Below, one piece after another: positions 25,728 to 37,950 of a stretch of 64,000 bases of DNA. Below the pieces are notes generated by a model that ran no database searches, was not told the origin of the DNA, and worked only from the letters and a program-made list of their open reading frames with translations. Position numbers and translations under genes: made by a program. Position 1 is the first letter of the stretch. The number at the start of each line of letters is the position of its first letter. The stretch is from Paraphysomonas bandaiensis (taxonomy: Eukaryota; Protista; Chrysophyceae): assembly GCA_965644295.1 (NCBI GenBank), contig CBFFRP010000378.1:310001-374000 (forward strand), given 5' to 3'.

Positions 25728-26413
25728 TTCAACAGATTACAGAAGTTTTCTTTATATATATACACTTTAATAACACTATCAAGTTGATGGTGTTTTGCAA
25801 AAGAGTTTAGCGGATGGAGTGACAAGTCTCTTCGCCACCGTTAATCCACCTGCATTTGTATGCGGCTACGGGCACTCTAGAATTCCTAGATTTTCAAGTC
25901 AAAATTACATGAAAATTCCAGTAGAATGTACACTTTCATCCATTTGGGGAATTAAAAACCTACCTTTTACTAAAATTAACCAGCTTTTTCCCTTATTCTC
26001 CTATTTTAAGGTTTTATGCGTTGAAAATGGAGGTTATAATCGTGAAATGGTAGAAAACTCTATTTTTTTGTACTGGAAATTCGTATATCGAACTAAAAAC
26101 CATTCTAGCCAGTAAATAACCTATAAAAGAGTATAGTGTAATATGATTCGTCAGTGAGGAAGTAAAGTCATCGAATGCAGCAAGCTAATCGTCATTACAA
26201 TGAGATACTATGAGTGTTCCATCATATGGATATGGTAAATCACTGGTATGGAGATATAGTACTCCTCCCATGATTATGTCCAACCATATCAACACATACA
26301 TGACATATGAAAGAATAAACTGTAATCAATATAACTATACTCGCCATCTATAATATCTATCCATATATATATATATAGTCATCTACTATAAAACTCATAT
26401 AGTAAATTATTAA

Positions 26414-29400
26414 ATGGGTATATCAACTAAAAGTAGAAAAGAAAATTCTCCTAAAATTCTATTAAATAAAGAAAATGAAGTTCAACATATACCAAAATTC
26501 ATATCTGAGAAACATGGAAAGAAAAAAAAAACTTCACCAAAGAAATTAAAGAAAGTATCTCTACAAGATACACTTTCTGAAAGTAATCATGAAGATGAAG
26601 TATTAATAAATCGTATTATAGCAACAAAAATGGCATTAAATGGTGGATTTGGTGTATATGATTCAAAGTTATGGACGACACCTATATGGACATTATGTAT
26701 ATATGTATCATCTACTTTAACAGATACATATATAGAACGTAATATATTACAACATTTAACAACAATATTACGTCATTATGGTAGAAAAAATAATATTGAA
26801 GTCTTATTTGTTGATATGAGATATGGTCTATATAATCAATATGATAAGAATCAGAATGTATGGTTTCATTATGAACGTGAATTACGACGATGTTATGAGA
26901 AATCATGTGGTTTATTCTTTTTAAGTTTACAATCATCTAAATATGGGTATATGCCATTACCTCCTATGATATCACGTGAATCATATATGAAACTATGTCA
27001 TGAATCTGATGAAGTAGCTCAAATTGCTGAGAAATGGTTTCAATTAGATGAAAATTCAATTCCACCACGATATAGATTATTACAGTCCAATGGAAATGAT
27101 AATTCTGATTTTCATGCGGTTATGCCTATCTTGCGTAATGCTCTTATTGGGCAACCAATGGTGTCTTGTGGGCTGGATAGTCGTCTTCTTATTGGATGTA
27201 GTGTATCTGAATGGGAATTGAGAACAGCGTTGTCGTTAGGTAAAAGTCGGTGCCTATGGTCTCACAGAGTGTTTTCGGACCTTCCCCCGATATCACCTGA
27301 CCATTCCCTGCAGCAGACTGAAACAACAGAAACGAATACGACAGCTGACGTCATTGAAGAACTTGTAGATGAGGTGCCAGACTTAACGGACTACCGGGAC
27401 ACTCAAGAGCCATCCATCAAGTTGAAGTATGACGAACTATTAAGTACAATGGAGCGAGATATTCCGGCTGAAAATATTATGAAATTCAATGTGACCTTAG
27501 AGGATTATAAGAAGTGTTCAGTTGATACAGGCGCCTATTCCATACAATGGGCGGATACTATTAAGCAGCGATTGTTACATGAAATGGATGCTGTGGTGAA
27601 GCAAAAAGAAGAATGGGACAAAAACGGCCTCGGCGTAATGATTGCTGGTAGAGAATTGCAAGAGATGTTGAGCCATCTCGAGCTAGCAAACAGCAAAAGC
27701 CAGTGTTTTGTTGGTAGAGAAGATCTCATTAAAACGGCAATGCAGATGCTTTATGCAGAGCAGAAAGTCCTACCGGAAACGTCAGCCCATGTGAGGAATA
27801 TACAACGCCTCTCTAGTCCAAGAAATGAAGATCCTACGAATCCATTCGGCATATGTTTTTGTGTAGTGGGACGCTCAGGAGCAGGAAAAACAGCGCTAAT
27901 GGCGAGACTTGCTGAGGAGGCATTTGAGGAGGAGTTCAAAATATGGGCTGTCAAATCACAAGCTTTGATACCATATAAGCCCCCACCGGTGGAAAGAGTA
28001 ATCGAGAAACGAAATATTTGCGAAGGTCTGCGTAGGCCAGTTATTATTCGATTCTGCGGGACCACCGTCGGAAGCTCTGATGGTTTTTCCCTCGTACAGA
28101 GTCTCGTTAGACAGATGCGATATTTATTTGACGTGAAAGATGGGCTCATTCCCAGCACCTTTGACGAGGCAACAAAGGAGCTGCACAAGCTCTTGCACAA
28201 TTATGCTGTAATCCTTTTTATTGATAGTCTGGATCAGTTGACAGATATGAATCTTGCCCGCAGTCGGATCAGCTTTCTCAAAGGATGTAAGCCTCATAAA
28301 GATACTCGTATTATTGTCTCAGCTCTTCCTGACGAACGAGATGAATCTGGCAAGGTAATATACTGGTATGGGTGCGACACAACTCTTGCGGCATCGCATG
28401 TCCCAAGGCTTAATGTGCCTTTCTTCGAGGTTGCTTATGGAGCAGAAGAGAGAGGAGGTACCAGTGCGAATCGCGTTCTTGAGTTTCTGCTATCGCCAAA
28501 ATATCGCCGCTTGACATCATCACAATGGAGTACTGTACTGGATATGGTTGATGTGGAACCTACAGCGCTGTATTTAAATCTCGCATGTAGAGTGATTCAG
28601 CACTGGAAGAGCTCGGATGAATCTGTCAGGTTAGAGCCAGGCGTTGTCGGAATTATCAATCAGATTTTTGATTATGTAGAAGAAGAATATGGATACAAAT
28701 TTTGCCGCCTTGCATTTGGAGTTATCACGTACTCTTGCTATGGGGTGACGAACAACGAGATGCTTGATATGTTGTCTTTAGATGATGATGTATTAGAAGA
28801 TCTTTTTCAAGATGCAAAGCCCCATGTGTATCGTGTACCAAGTCATATTTGGCTTCGGCTACGAGAGGACATGGAAGGCTTGATTCTAGAAGGTGATGGT
28901 GAGTGCTTCAGTTGGTATCACCGTCAACTACAAGAAACCGCGGAAATTCGATACGCTGATATAAAGTGCAAAGTGCATGCATTATTAGGAAACTACTTCT
29001 TGAACAACTTTGACCCGACATTTCACGTATCGAGACAAATTTCCCAGCAGCAACTTACGTTAACTCCAGAGTGTATTTGGATGGACGTGGCAGTCATCAA
29101 CAATAGACGTTGCTCAGAGGGTGCACACCACCTCATCGAGGCAGGACTTTATATGGAAGCCATCGATGAGTTGTGTAATTTTGAAGTTATATGTGCAGCT
29201 GCGAAATGTGGAGAAGGATTTCGTACTATCTCTCGCCTGACAAGACTTATGCAACTGGTTATGGCAGATAAAGGTGTTCATGTTAAAGTTGTTACGCGTG
29301 TAGAACATTACGTCAAATGGCTTGCAGAATCCATGCATGCTATACTAGAATTTCCTGTTGTGAATATATTTGTTACCGCATGTGGACAGCCACTGGAGTC

Positions 29401-32400
29401 TATAGTCCGCAAAGAAATGTTAGTGTACCTCAGTGAGCGTAGACAAAATCACGGTGGAATTGAGAGCTTCAAATCGAATTCGTGGGTGCAGTGTGTTGCG
29501 CTGGGTTGCAGTGCAACGTTCGGACCTCGTCGCTCGGTCTTGCTAGGTCATACTGATGTGGTTTGGTCCGTGGCGTGGAGTCCTGATGGAAATAAAATTG
29601 CATCTGGCTCAAATGACAGCATTGTAGGTATATGGGATCCCGCAACCGGTGAGCGGCTGCTGATGTTAGAAAAGCACGCGGATGCTGTGAACTGTGTTGC
29701 TTGGAATGCGACTAGTACTCTTATCGCCTCCGCCTCAAGAGACAACACGGTATGTGTTTGGGACATCTGTGCGGGTGGTGCCGTTTGCGGAATGTTTGAA
29801 GGGCACACTGATGAAGTGAATTCTGTGTGCTGGTCCCCTGCGGGGGATCTAATCGTATCAGGATCTGAAGACCGTTCAGTGTGCGTTTGGCATCCATGTA
29901 CTGGCGCCCTTGATGTGTCCTTCAAAGAGCATATCGGGGGAGTAGATGTGGTGGCGTGGAGCCCGTGTGGAAGGAAGATTGTATCGTCATCCAGAGATAC
30001 ACTGAGTGTGTTTGATGTATGTAGTCATACCACCTTGTATAGCTACTCCATTGCGGGGGTACATTCGCTGGACTGGAACCCAGACAGTTTCGAGCTTGTT
30101 ATGGGTCTCGAAGATCATATAATGTCAAAGGAAGTCAATAAGGAAGCGTGTTTTGATTGGAAAGTTAAAACCGATGTTGTTTGGTCGATTGCGTACTGTC
30201 CAGATGGTAGTCGTGTGGCCTCCGGATCAAAAGATGCACTTTTAAAAATGTGGGACCCCATTATTGGCCAAGAAATGTATACTTTGAAAGTACACACTGA
30301 CTCTGTACGATGCGTTTCTTGGAATCCTGATGGACGAATGATTGCTACTTCGTCGAGTGACAACACGATTTGTATCGTGGACACTACAGTTGGAGATTTG
30401 GACCCGAGGTCTACTGTTCATACGGACGTTATCACATGCGTGCAGTGGAGCCCTGATGGAAAGAAAATCGCCTCTGCTTCGGTTGATGGAACGATAAGAA
30501 TTTGGAATTCAACACAATACCTTTACTTATTATCACTGGAGGGTCATACCCGAGGAGTGACGGCTGTGTCTTGGTGCACCAACAGTCACCAGCTGGCTTC
30601 TCGGTCTCGTGATAAAACCATTCGAGTGTGGGATACTAATAGTGGCAAAGAACTTGGATGTACCACAGTCGGCTTGGTTGCGAAATACTCTATCGCCTGG
30701 AGCCCAGATGGCTCTACAATTTCGTGGATTTCACAGGAATTGTCTCTCAGTATGTGGAAGTTTGCTTCTGACGAAGTACCTGTTGTTATTACCATAGACT
30801 CATGGTGTGAGTATCCGCTGTGCACCAGTACAGATGAGATGGTATCTCGAGACTACTACTTCAACTTAGTAAAATCTGGAGAGAGTGTTCTTCTTGGCCA
30901 AATATCTTCAGTTACCTGCTCTCCTGATGGAAAGATAGCTACTGGCTTTTTATTTGTAGATCAATGGTCGATACGCATATCTAACGAGACGGGAAAGAAG
31001 CTGCGGACGTGGCCTGTCTGCGAGGGGGAAGATGGGCTTTTAGGAGCTGCTCAGGCAAATGCGAAGGTGGTTTTAGCATGGAGTGCGGATGGTACGAAAT
31101 TAGCATCTGGCGATATGACGAACAAAGTCCTTATCTGGAATTCTAATTCCGCATCAGTAGCTCTGAAAATAAAACTTCCATCTAGTGGAGTGAAGTGTTT
31201 ATCTTGGAATTATGATAACACAATGCTGGCATGTGGTATTGCAGAGTCTGTAAGCCTCATCAACCCAGCCTCAGGTGTTGTGCTGCGTACATTACAAGGA
31301 CACAATGGGGATGTGACATCCTTGTGTTGGAAACCGAAATCTCATTCCTTGGCTACGGGATCAAGTGATAAAACGATTCGAATATGGGATGCAGCAAGTG
31401 GAGAAGTCAGTGCTATTTTCGAGGGCCATACATCATGTGTGAACTCCGTTTGCTGGCACCCAGACGGTACTCTGCTTGCTTCAGGTTCCAGCGATAATTC
31501 CATATGCCTTTGGAATGATGGAGATGTTGTATGTACCCTGAATGGTCACTACGATGATGTGATAGCTGTCGCTTTCAGTCCAGGGGGCAGTATGCTGGCT
31601 TCGGCTTCGAAGGATTCGACATGTCGAGTTTGGGATACCTCGAATTCTAACTTGAAGGCCGTTTACGTAGGTCATACAGAGAGTGTTAACTTTGTGTCAT
31701 GGAGCCCTGAAGGTAACCACGTTATTTCTGGGTCAGACGACAAAACTTTCAGTGTATGGTGTCCTGATGTGGGCGTGAAAGTGAAATCTTTTTCTCTAAA
31801 TTCGCTGCAGACACTCAGACTATCTGTCACGGAGGAATCACGACCTATAATCAGTACAGACGGAAACCTGATATCAATACGCAAACGCTTTCTTGACACT
31901 ATGCGATGCTTGTCTTGGAGTCCAGATTGTAAAACTTTAGCTATCGGGGTATCCGGTGGGGACTTAGGATTTGTGTGCATAGTGGATAACGCAGGGACAG
32001 AAAAGGCAACATGGGCGACAGGAACTGATCATGTGCAGTCAATTGCTTACAGCCCCAATGGTCAAATGATTGCCACTGGTTCACACGACAATTCTGTGGG
32101 CGTATGGGATGCCGTATCTGGGGCGTCCCTTTGGAAAGTTCAGTGTCACACAGGAAGTGTCAACTGCGTTGCCTGGAGTTTGGATAGCCTAATGGTGGCA
32201 TCTGCCTCCAATGACAGTTGTATACGCATCTGCGATGCGTCCAATGGGCAACTAAAGTCTACTTTACGAGGCCATTCCGGCGCGGTTAATTCTGTGTCCT
32301 GGAGTCATGAAAGTGATTGTCTTGTTTCCGGATCCTCTGACACATCTGTATACGTGTGGATATCATGTACTGGAGCTAATCCAAAGCAAATGTTTGCGTT

Positions 32401-32404
32401 ATAA
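26414..32404 (+). CDS. NWD/TEP1-like STAND protein: DUF4062-like + NACHT NTPase + many WD40 repeats; single exon
   Basis: IYVSSTLTDTYIERNIL, P-loop GRSGAGKT, IIRFCGTT, Walker B LFIDSLDQL, WYHRQL, and repeated GH...V..VAWSPDG..IASGS.D..WD units. Confidence 0.92.
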   Translation: MGISTKSRKENSPKILLNKENEVQHIPKFISEKHGKKKKTSPKKLKKVSLQDTLSESNHEDEVLINRIIATKMALNGGFGVYDSKLWTTPIWTLCIYVSSTLTDTYIERNILQHLTTILRHYGRKNNIEVLFVDMRYGLYNQYDKNQNVWFHYERELRRCYEKSCGLFFLSLQSSKYGYMPLPPMISRESYMKLCHESDEVAQIAEKWFQLDENSIPPRYRLLQSNGNDNSDFHAVMPILRNALIGQPMVSCGLDSRLLIGCSVSEWELRTALSLGKSRCLWSHRVFSDLPPISPDHSLQQTETTETNTTADVIEELVDEVPDLTDYRDTQEPSIKLKYDELLSTMERDIPAENIMKFNVTLEDYKKCSVDTGAYSIQWADTIKQRLLHEMDAVVKQKEEWDKNGLGVMIAGRELQEMLSHLELANSKSQCFVGREDLIKTAMQMLYAEQKVLPETSAHVRNIQRLSSPRNEDPTNPFGICFCVVGRSGAGKTALMARLAEEAFEEEFKIWAVKSQALIPYKPPPVERVIEKRNICEGLRRPVIIRFCGTTVGSSDGFSLVQSLVRQMRYLFDVKDGLIPSTFDEATKELHKLLHNYAVILFIDSLDQLTDMNLARSRISFLKGCKPHKDTRIIVSALPDERDESGKVIYWYGCDTTLAASHVPRLNVPFFEVAYGAEERGGTSANRVLEFLLSPKYRRLTSSQWSTVLDMVDVEPTALYLNLACRVIQHWKSSDESVRLEPGVVGIINQIFDYVEEEYGYKFCRLAFGVITYSCYGVTNNEMLDMLSLDDDVLEDLFQDAKPHVYRVPSHIWLRLREDMEGLILEGDGECFSWYHRQLQETAEIRYADIKCKVHALLGNYFLNNFDPTFHVSRQISQQQLTLTPECIWMDVAVINNRRCSEGAHHLIEAGLYMEAIDELCNFEVICAAAKCGEGFRTISRLTRLMQLVMADKGVHVKVVTRVEHYVKWLAESMHAILEFPVVNIFVTACGQPLESIVRKEMLVYLSERRQNHGGIESFKSNSWVQCVALGCSATFGPRRSVLLGHTDVVWSVAWSPDGNKIASGSNDSIVGIWDPATGERLLMLEKHADAVNCVAWNATSTLIASASRDNTVCVWDICAGGAVCGMFEGHTDEVNSVCWSPAGDLIVSGSEDRSVCVWHPCTGALDVSFKEHIGGVDVVAWSPCGRKIVSSSRDTLSVFDVCSHTTLYSYSIAGVHSLDWNPDSFELVMGLEDHIMSKEVNKEACFDWKVKTDVVWSIAYCPDGSRVASGSKDALLKMWDPIIGQEMYTLKVHTDSVRCVSWNPDGRMIATSSSDNTICIVDTTVGDLDPRSTVHTDVITCVQWSPDGKKIASASVDGTIRIWNSTQYLYLLSLEGHTRGVTAVSWCTNSHQLASRSRDKTIRVWDTNSGKELGCTTVGLVAKYSIAWSPDGSTISWISQELSLSMWKFASDEVPVVITIDSWCEYPLCTSTDEMVSRDYYFNLVKSGESVLLGQISSVTCSPDGKIATGFLFVDQWSIRISNETGKKLRTWPVCEGEDGLLGAAQANAKVVLAWSADGTKLASGDMTNKVLIWNSNSASVALKIKLPSSGVKCLSWNYDNTMLACGIAESVSLINPASGVVLRTLQGHNGDVTSLCWKPKSHSLATGSSDKTIRIWDAASGEVSAIFEGHTSCVNSVCWHPDGTLLASGSSDNSICLWNDGDVVCTLNGHYDDVIAVAFSPGGSMLASASKDSTCRVWDTSNSNLKAVYVGHTESVNFVSWSPEGNHVISGSDDKTFSVWCPDVGVKVKSFSLNSLQTLRLSVTEESRPIISTDGNLISIRKRFLDTMRCLSWSPDCKTLAIGVSGGDLGFVCIVDNAGTEKATWATGTDHVQSIAYSPNGQMIATGSHDNSVGVWDAVSGASLWKVQCHTGSVNCVAWSLDSLMVASASNDSCIRICDASNGQLKSTLRGHSGAVNSVSWSHESDCLVSGSSDTSVYVWISCTGANPKQMFAL

Positions 32405-33075
32405 ATATATACAATGTTATAAACATGTACTGGCGATATATACTGTACGTGCCAGAAAGCTATTTGATACTTGGTTTAAGTTTTTATGTTTTTTTTCAAA
32501 AGTATATAGATGTTGCTTTCTGTAATGCATGGGTACAATAGTATGGTGGTATTTATGGATGTTAAATAAATATAATGTTACAAGATTACAATTACTATTC
32601 TGCGGTTGCAATACCTGCCTATAATTCTTTCGCTAGTTGAACTAACATCATTTATTAGATACAAAAATATGCTCTGTTGGCAGTGTTACTTCTGTTAATT
32701 ACACACACAGTATATGACGACAAGGTGTGTACGTGGAATTACATAAGCCGCTAGTTATATAAACTTCAATCAACTAGCAACGAGGTGTTAAAATTCGTAC
32801 ATAAGTGTGATGATAAATGTGAACAGTTGTAGTCGCACGAGGCTTCTTCTTGCCCTCATGAGCATCATCATCACATTTATATACAATAAGCTTAACTTCT
32901 GCAAGTGTACCTGATTGAATGAAGTGTGTATCCTGATAAACACCAACACCCTAAAAGAACTGGGTGCCACTGCTCCTAACCACCTAATCATAATATTAGG
33001 AATTTAAGCTCTCGTGTAATATTCTTGAAGTTAGAACGCTTGCACTGACATAGTTATGATCTTCTACAGCAGACG

Positions 33076-33498
33076 CCATCAACAAAGTCGGACTCGCACC
33101 TTTTCGTGTCGTTCTGGGGGATAAGTACCGGAGAAATATCTCCGGTAAACTAACGTGAGCCGCATATAGTCAAAAGATATTGTTCGGTCCACTCATAAAG
33201 GGACACTAATAAGGCTCTCTGTAGACGGCTCTGGGCCTTGACGAATAAACAGGTATCCGGGGTATTGGGATGCCTGCTGAAGTCAAGAATCCGGGAAAGG
33301 GACCACCTCAAGGGCATCTGGGCTAGTTTTACTTAAGAACAGAGAGCGAAAGTAGTTGCACCTTGGTGCTTCGGGCAACGCACAAGCAGATTTCGCCGCG
33401 CTAAAATGGAGGATATCAGAGTTAAGCACTAGTTAGTTAACTTTTTTTTCTACATTAATTCTGACTCTTACACGCCTATTACTAATAATCAGACATTC
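33076..33498 (+). mobile_element. Retroposon copy 2 (diverged, internally rearranged)
   Basis: Starts ccatcaacaaagtcggactcgcacc and ends ctaataatcagacattc. The P3 3' strand is mutated. No clean TSD. Confidence 0.85.
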
Positions 33499-33502
33499 TC
33501 TA

Positions 33503-33590
33503 CTGACTTCATCAGTCACCAGGCAGCCCAGTACCCAATACCCCGGATGCCCTTGGGGTGGGCCCATTCCCGGATGCTTGACTTCAGTAG
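33503..33590 (-). repeat. Inverted internal fragment of the same retroposon
   Basis: Reverse complement of the gcatccgggaatgggcccacc...ggggtattggg.ctgcct segment. Confidence 0.75.
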
Positions 33591-33925
33591 AATATCTACA
33601 GTCTTATAGAAGCATTACCGAAGTGACGCGACTACAGATGTTGACACTTGAACCATAATGGCTAAAGGTTAAATAAACTACCCATTTTTCCTGCGAAAGC
33701 ATTGTACATTGACAAATATGAATATGCCCTTTCTTGTATATTGGTATTGTGCACTAGCAGAGTTTTCAAGCTGCAACTTGCTGCCAAGCAACCAGAATAA
33801 ATGCTTTTTATACTGTTATTTCATCACCTATATCGTGTTACAAAGGACTCAAATTACAGAAATAACCACATTGTTCAAGCTACAAGAATTACATTCAACT
33901 AACAATATCCACTCATTCACAAGAT

Positions 33926-36608
33926 TTATGAGGAGACGCCTATCTCTGCATCATTCTGATGTTCAGTGGGATCCATATCAAAAAACTGTCTCAAAATTTC
34001 TAACTCTTTATCACTAAGAAGTTTGTTGGCAAACTGTGCTCCACCACATATACCAGCAGCAAAAACTTCAAATTTTGACTGCCAGCTATCCTGCACTACA
34101 GCTGCCACATCACAATCAATGAACACTTTTTTGCGGAGGATTGCATCAACAAGAACCAGTCCAAGGAAAGCCCATTGCGTGGAAGTTAATGGTGGGTTGC
34201 ATTTATCGATACGGGCATAAGAAATTAGTTCGCGTTTCATCTCTGTGTAGTGTCCAAGTACAGATGGACTGCAGTTGAGTGTTCTAGACAAATTAATTAC
34301 TCCCTCTGCGGTACTGATACCTCGTTGTACTTGAGAGACAATGCTTTCACAACGATGAGTAGATCCCGCATCTACATGAGCACGATTCGAATTCTCTTCA
34401 TTCGAAGTCAAACATTCCTCCACTTCCTCATCTGAATAAGCTATAGAATTCGACGTAAATGTTTCTACACCATTTAACCATGATATCGCATCATATCCAA
34501 ACAAATCCTCCAATGACATCCACATGAGTATGAAAAATGTTCGACTAGTGGTCACATCAGTCTCTTGTAAATCAATTTCATCATCATCTTCCATATATCC
34601 TTCAGAGCTCGACGGAGGCAAACCTAATTCACGCAAAATTTTCTCATCTTCAGCCTTGTCAGCAGCCGAATATGTGTCGGGTCTAAGAGGGTTGAAAGAC
34701 AGCCCTGATATGGCTGTACGAGCATCTACTTGTATATGGGACAAGGGCACATAGCCTTCAATATCATCTGGTTCCGAACCTACAGTGACTGTGGTTTGCT
34801 TGACAGGTGCCGGATCTCTTTCAACTACACGGTTTTTGAGTGGGTATGCCTTACTGTCATTCGGGCCGCTTTTCTTCGCAGCTTTGCCATTGGAACTACT
34901 TCTAGACTTGGCACTGCTTTTAACGCTTTTATCTCCATTCCTGTTAACTACTGCCGGACACTTATCTCCAGATGTAGCATTCTCTGATGCCACGCAGGGC
35001 CGACGAGTCATCGGCGCTAGCTTTGTTGCTTGACTTTTGCATTCTCCTACAGATTCTGGTAAACATCTACCATTTGTGTCCGTCACTTTCTGCACAATTT
35101 GGGCTGTGCTTTGTCTGGGCGGTTCCACGCTATCCGTAGAGTTTCCAAGAATAATACATTGAGATCCAAGAGATTCTGGCTTGCCAGGACTGCCATTGCT
35201 ACTTTCATCACTCTCACTAGAGTATCCCACCCTACCTTCTTTCAGGTGAACAGATTTTTGATACATTTTCTCCGCCCATTCAGTTTCAGTGTACTGTTCA
35301 AAGGCTTTGGATCCACGTTTAAATACATGTACAGTGTCTTGGCCAAACGACAGTGCCTTTTTCTCCCGCCGATTCGACTTTGTTTTATTTTCACAATCAC
35401 CCGACGTGAAAGACGCAGGTCTATCACGAGAATTGGCCTTTAGAATGCCACTGATGATCATTTTATTTTCTGGATTCGGTGTACATGTTGATGTTGGCAC
35501 AGTGACTCCCTGGTCAACATGCTCCGATGGAGACTTGGCACTGACTTCGGATTGGATAGACGACAGTGGAGGTGATGGGGCAGTGGATGGGATATCTGCT
35601 CCTGAATCATAACTGAGTAATGTAGGGCAGAATGTGGTGTGGGCCCATCGAGATATATCGTTAATATCACTAATAATAAAGTTGGTTGCCTTTGTAGATG
35701 ACACGTCAGAATTGGAATTGACTGAGCACTCACTATTTCTGGCTTCACTCTCATTTCCACTAGAAGAAACCTGAGATTCAGTGGTATTCGATGTATTCGC
35801 GGTAGAGGGGTCAATGCCATATGCTTGGGGTTCTGGGGACATCTTCTCCTGAAGCTTTTGAACGGAGTGCAAAGGAACCGATAAGCCTCCAATGAGTGGC
35901 TTACTTGGTATCACGTTCAGTATGTCATCAATATCAGCATCAACTATATATTATAAGTTAGTGGAGTATGATACATATAGTAGTACAAAGACTTATATCA
36001 GACAATATGGAGTCATTCAGTACTAAAACGATTTCTACCTGTATCTGCAGCAGATTCACGAAGTGTATCTAAACACTTCCTTGTGAAGGGTGACGAGTCG
36101 TCGAGAGAGAGTTCATATAAACGACTTTTCTTAATACAAGTAGAAGAACAAAATCTTTTTGACTCTTCCAGATCATATATTTTATTTTTGCTATAAGATA
36201 ATCGCAATATTGAACCAGGTGATGAATTTGGTGGTCTATTACACAATGGAAATCCACATCGACCATTAATTGATCGTTCTATTACAATATCTTTATAATG
36301 ATATGGTTGAAACCATTTAATTCCATCATTTAAATGGATTTGTAAGGCATGATCTGATATTAAGGCAACTTGTAATTCAAATATCTGCAAATAGATTAAT
36401 AAATGACATAAATCTATGAGATTTTTATAAAAATGAAGATAAAAATTCTAAAAATTCGAATAAATTTATAATAAATTAGATATATATGGGTATATATGTG
36501 TATATATGTGTATATATGTGTGTATGTATGTATGTATGTGATTGTAGTGATTGATATGCTACATACCTTCCATTCTGTTGCTCTTTTAATATTTGTTGTA
36601 GTTGACAT
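33926..36608 (-). CDS. RPAP2: RPAP2/Rtr1 RNA polymerase II CTD phosphatase-like protein
   Basis: YKDIVIERSINGRCGFPLC...LSYSKNKIYDLEESKRFCSSTC zinc motif, long S-rich linker, C-terminal IEGYVP..TFFILMWMSL region. Confidence 0.85.
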
Positions 36609-37778
36609 GATCACAATGATCACTTTGATTACTTTGATGGTGTTTAAATCATATAGAAATAAGGAGATATCATCGTATATATATATATGTGTGTATATGT
36701 GTGTCTATATGCCACTTGTGTATGTAGATGTCCATATAGTATGTATGTATGTCCATATATATATATGGACCACTACAGTACATTCGTTTACGTAGATTGT
36801 CATATATAAGAATATGCTTGTGTGTAGAAGTGTATTTGTGTTTGAACTTCTTTTTCTTTTAGAACATGTTTCAGCCAACCAAATCAAACCAAACTACAGG
36901 ACTGTAGTCGCACTACACTGCGTACCTCCAGATATGTGTACTATTATAGAATGTGCAGCAGTACAGCAGTATATATACGTACTCCAGTACAACTTCATAC
37001 TTATGCACATCTCCTATGATGGCCATCTCTCAAGATCCACAGGTGTACTAACCATAAGATATTATACGTGATTTCACAGTATAGGTATACCATATGCATA
37101 GTTTCACTTATCTTTATATAGTGCTGATGATAAGGACTATCTGGAAGAGGAGTATACAGATAGTGAGAAGAGGAGATTGGGTGATACTATACACAGATAT
37201 TATGAACCTACGACTGCTGTTTAATGATGTGAGATTATAGTTTCTTATTAATGATAAGTTGTAAACTACAGATCGCTTATACATATCAATTCACATTGTA
37301 ACACTTCGGAGTAGAGGTGCCTAATCTTGATGTGAGTAAGTATAGAAATTAATGGACTATAGACAATACACTGTATCGGCATCCTTTGTATATTTTTGTT
37401 CAAGTATGCCTCTAATATTGAGGCAACAATTATGTGTATTCCAGCCGTAGTTGTATTGCAGCTATATAGAGTATTTTTACGCCACTTATCTTTCAACATG
37501 AGTACGACTGTATGATTTGTAAGTACGATGAAATAAACAGAACAACATACTATTCCATCAATTCAAGATTGCAGAAAACATACACATGTAATACATCACA
37601 CTTCTTCTTTGCCATCAAATAAGAAACGGGCAATCCCTTGCCAGTGAAGTTCCACAACCTCTTTTATCATCATGAGCATCGCACTAAGCGGTGTCGCTGC
37701 CATCAAATTTGTTTCTAAAATTTAGGCACTACGTACGCGGTAATTCAAGGTTATTCAGGTACTTGGGCTGTATATGTG

Positions 37779-37950
37779 TTAAAGTCTTATTATTAGCAGT
37801 AGGCGCCAAGAACCAACACCAGATAAATAGTTTGATGAAGACTAGTCACGCAAGGTCGACCACATATCTGTAACTAGCACAATTCTCATATCTTACTATG
37901 TAGCGCTACAGAAGCTGCTTGTGCGTCGCCGCAAGCACCAAAGTGCAACC
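37779..37950 (-). mobile_element. Retroposon copy 3: 3' module only, joined to unrelated GC-rich upstream sequence (to ~38430)
   Basis: Reverse complement of ggttgcactttggtgcttgcggcgacgcacaagcagc...gcctactgctaataataagacttt. Confidence 0.8.

Noticed and set aside
36990-37240. Possible small spliced gene divergent from RPAP2
   Set aside because: Several alternative frames and no recognisable motif.
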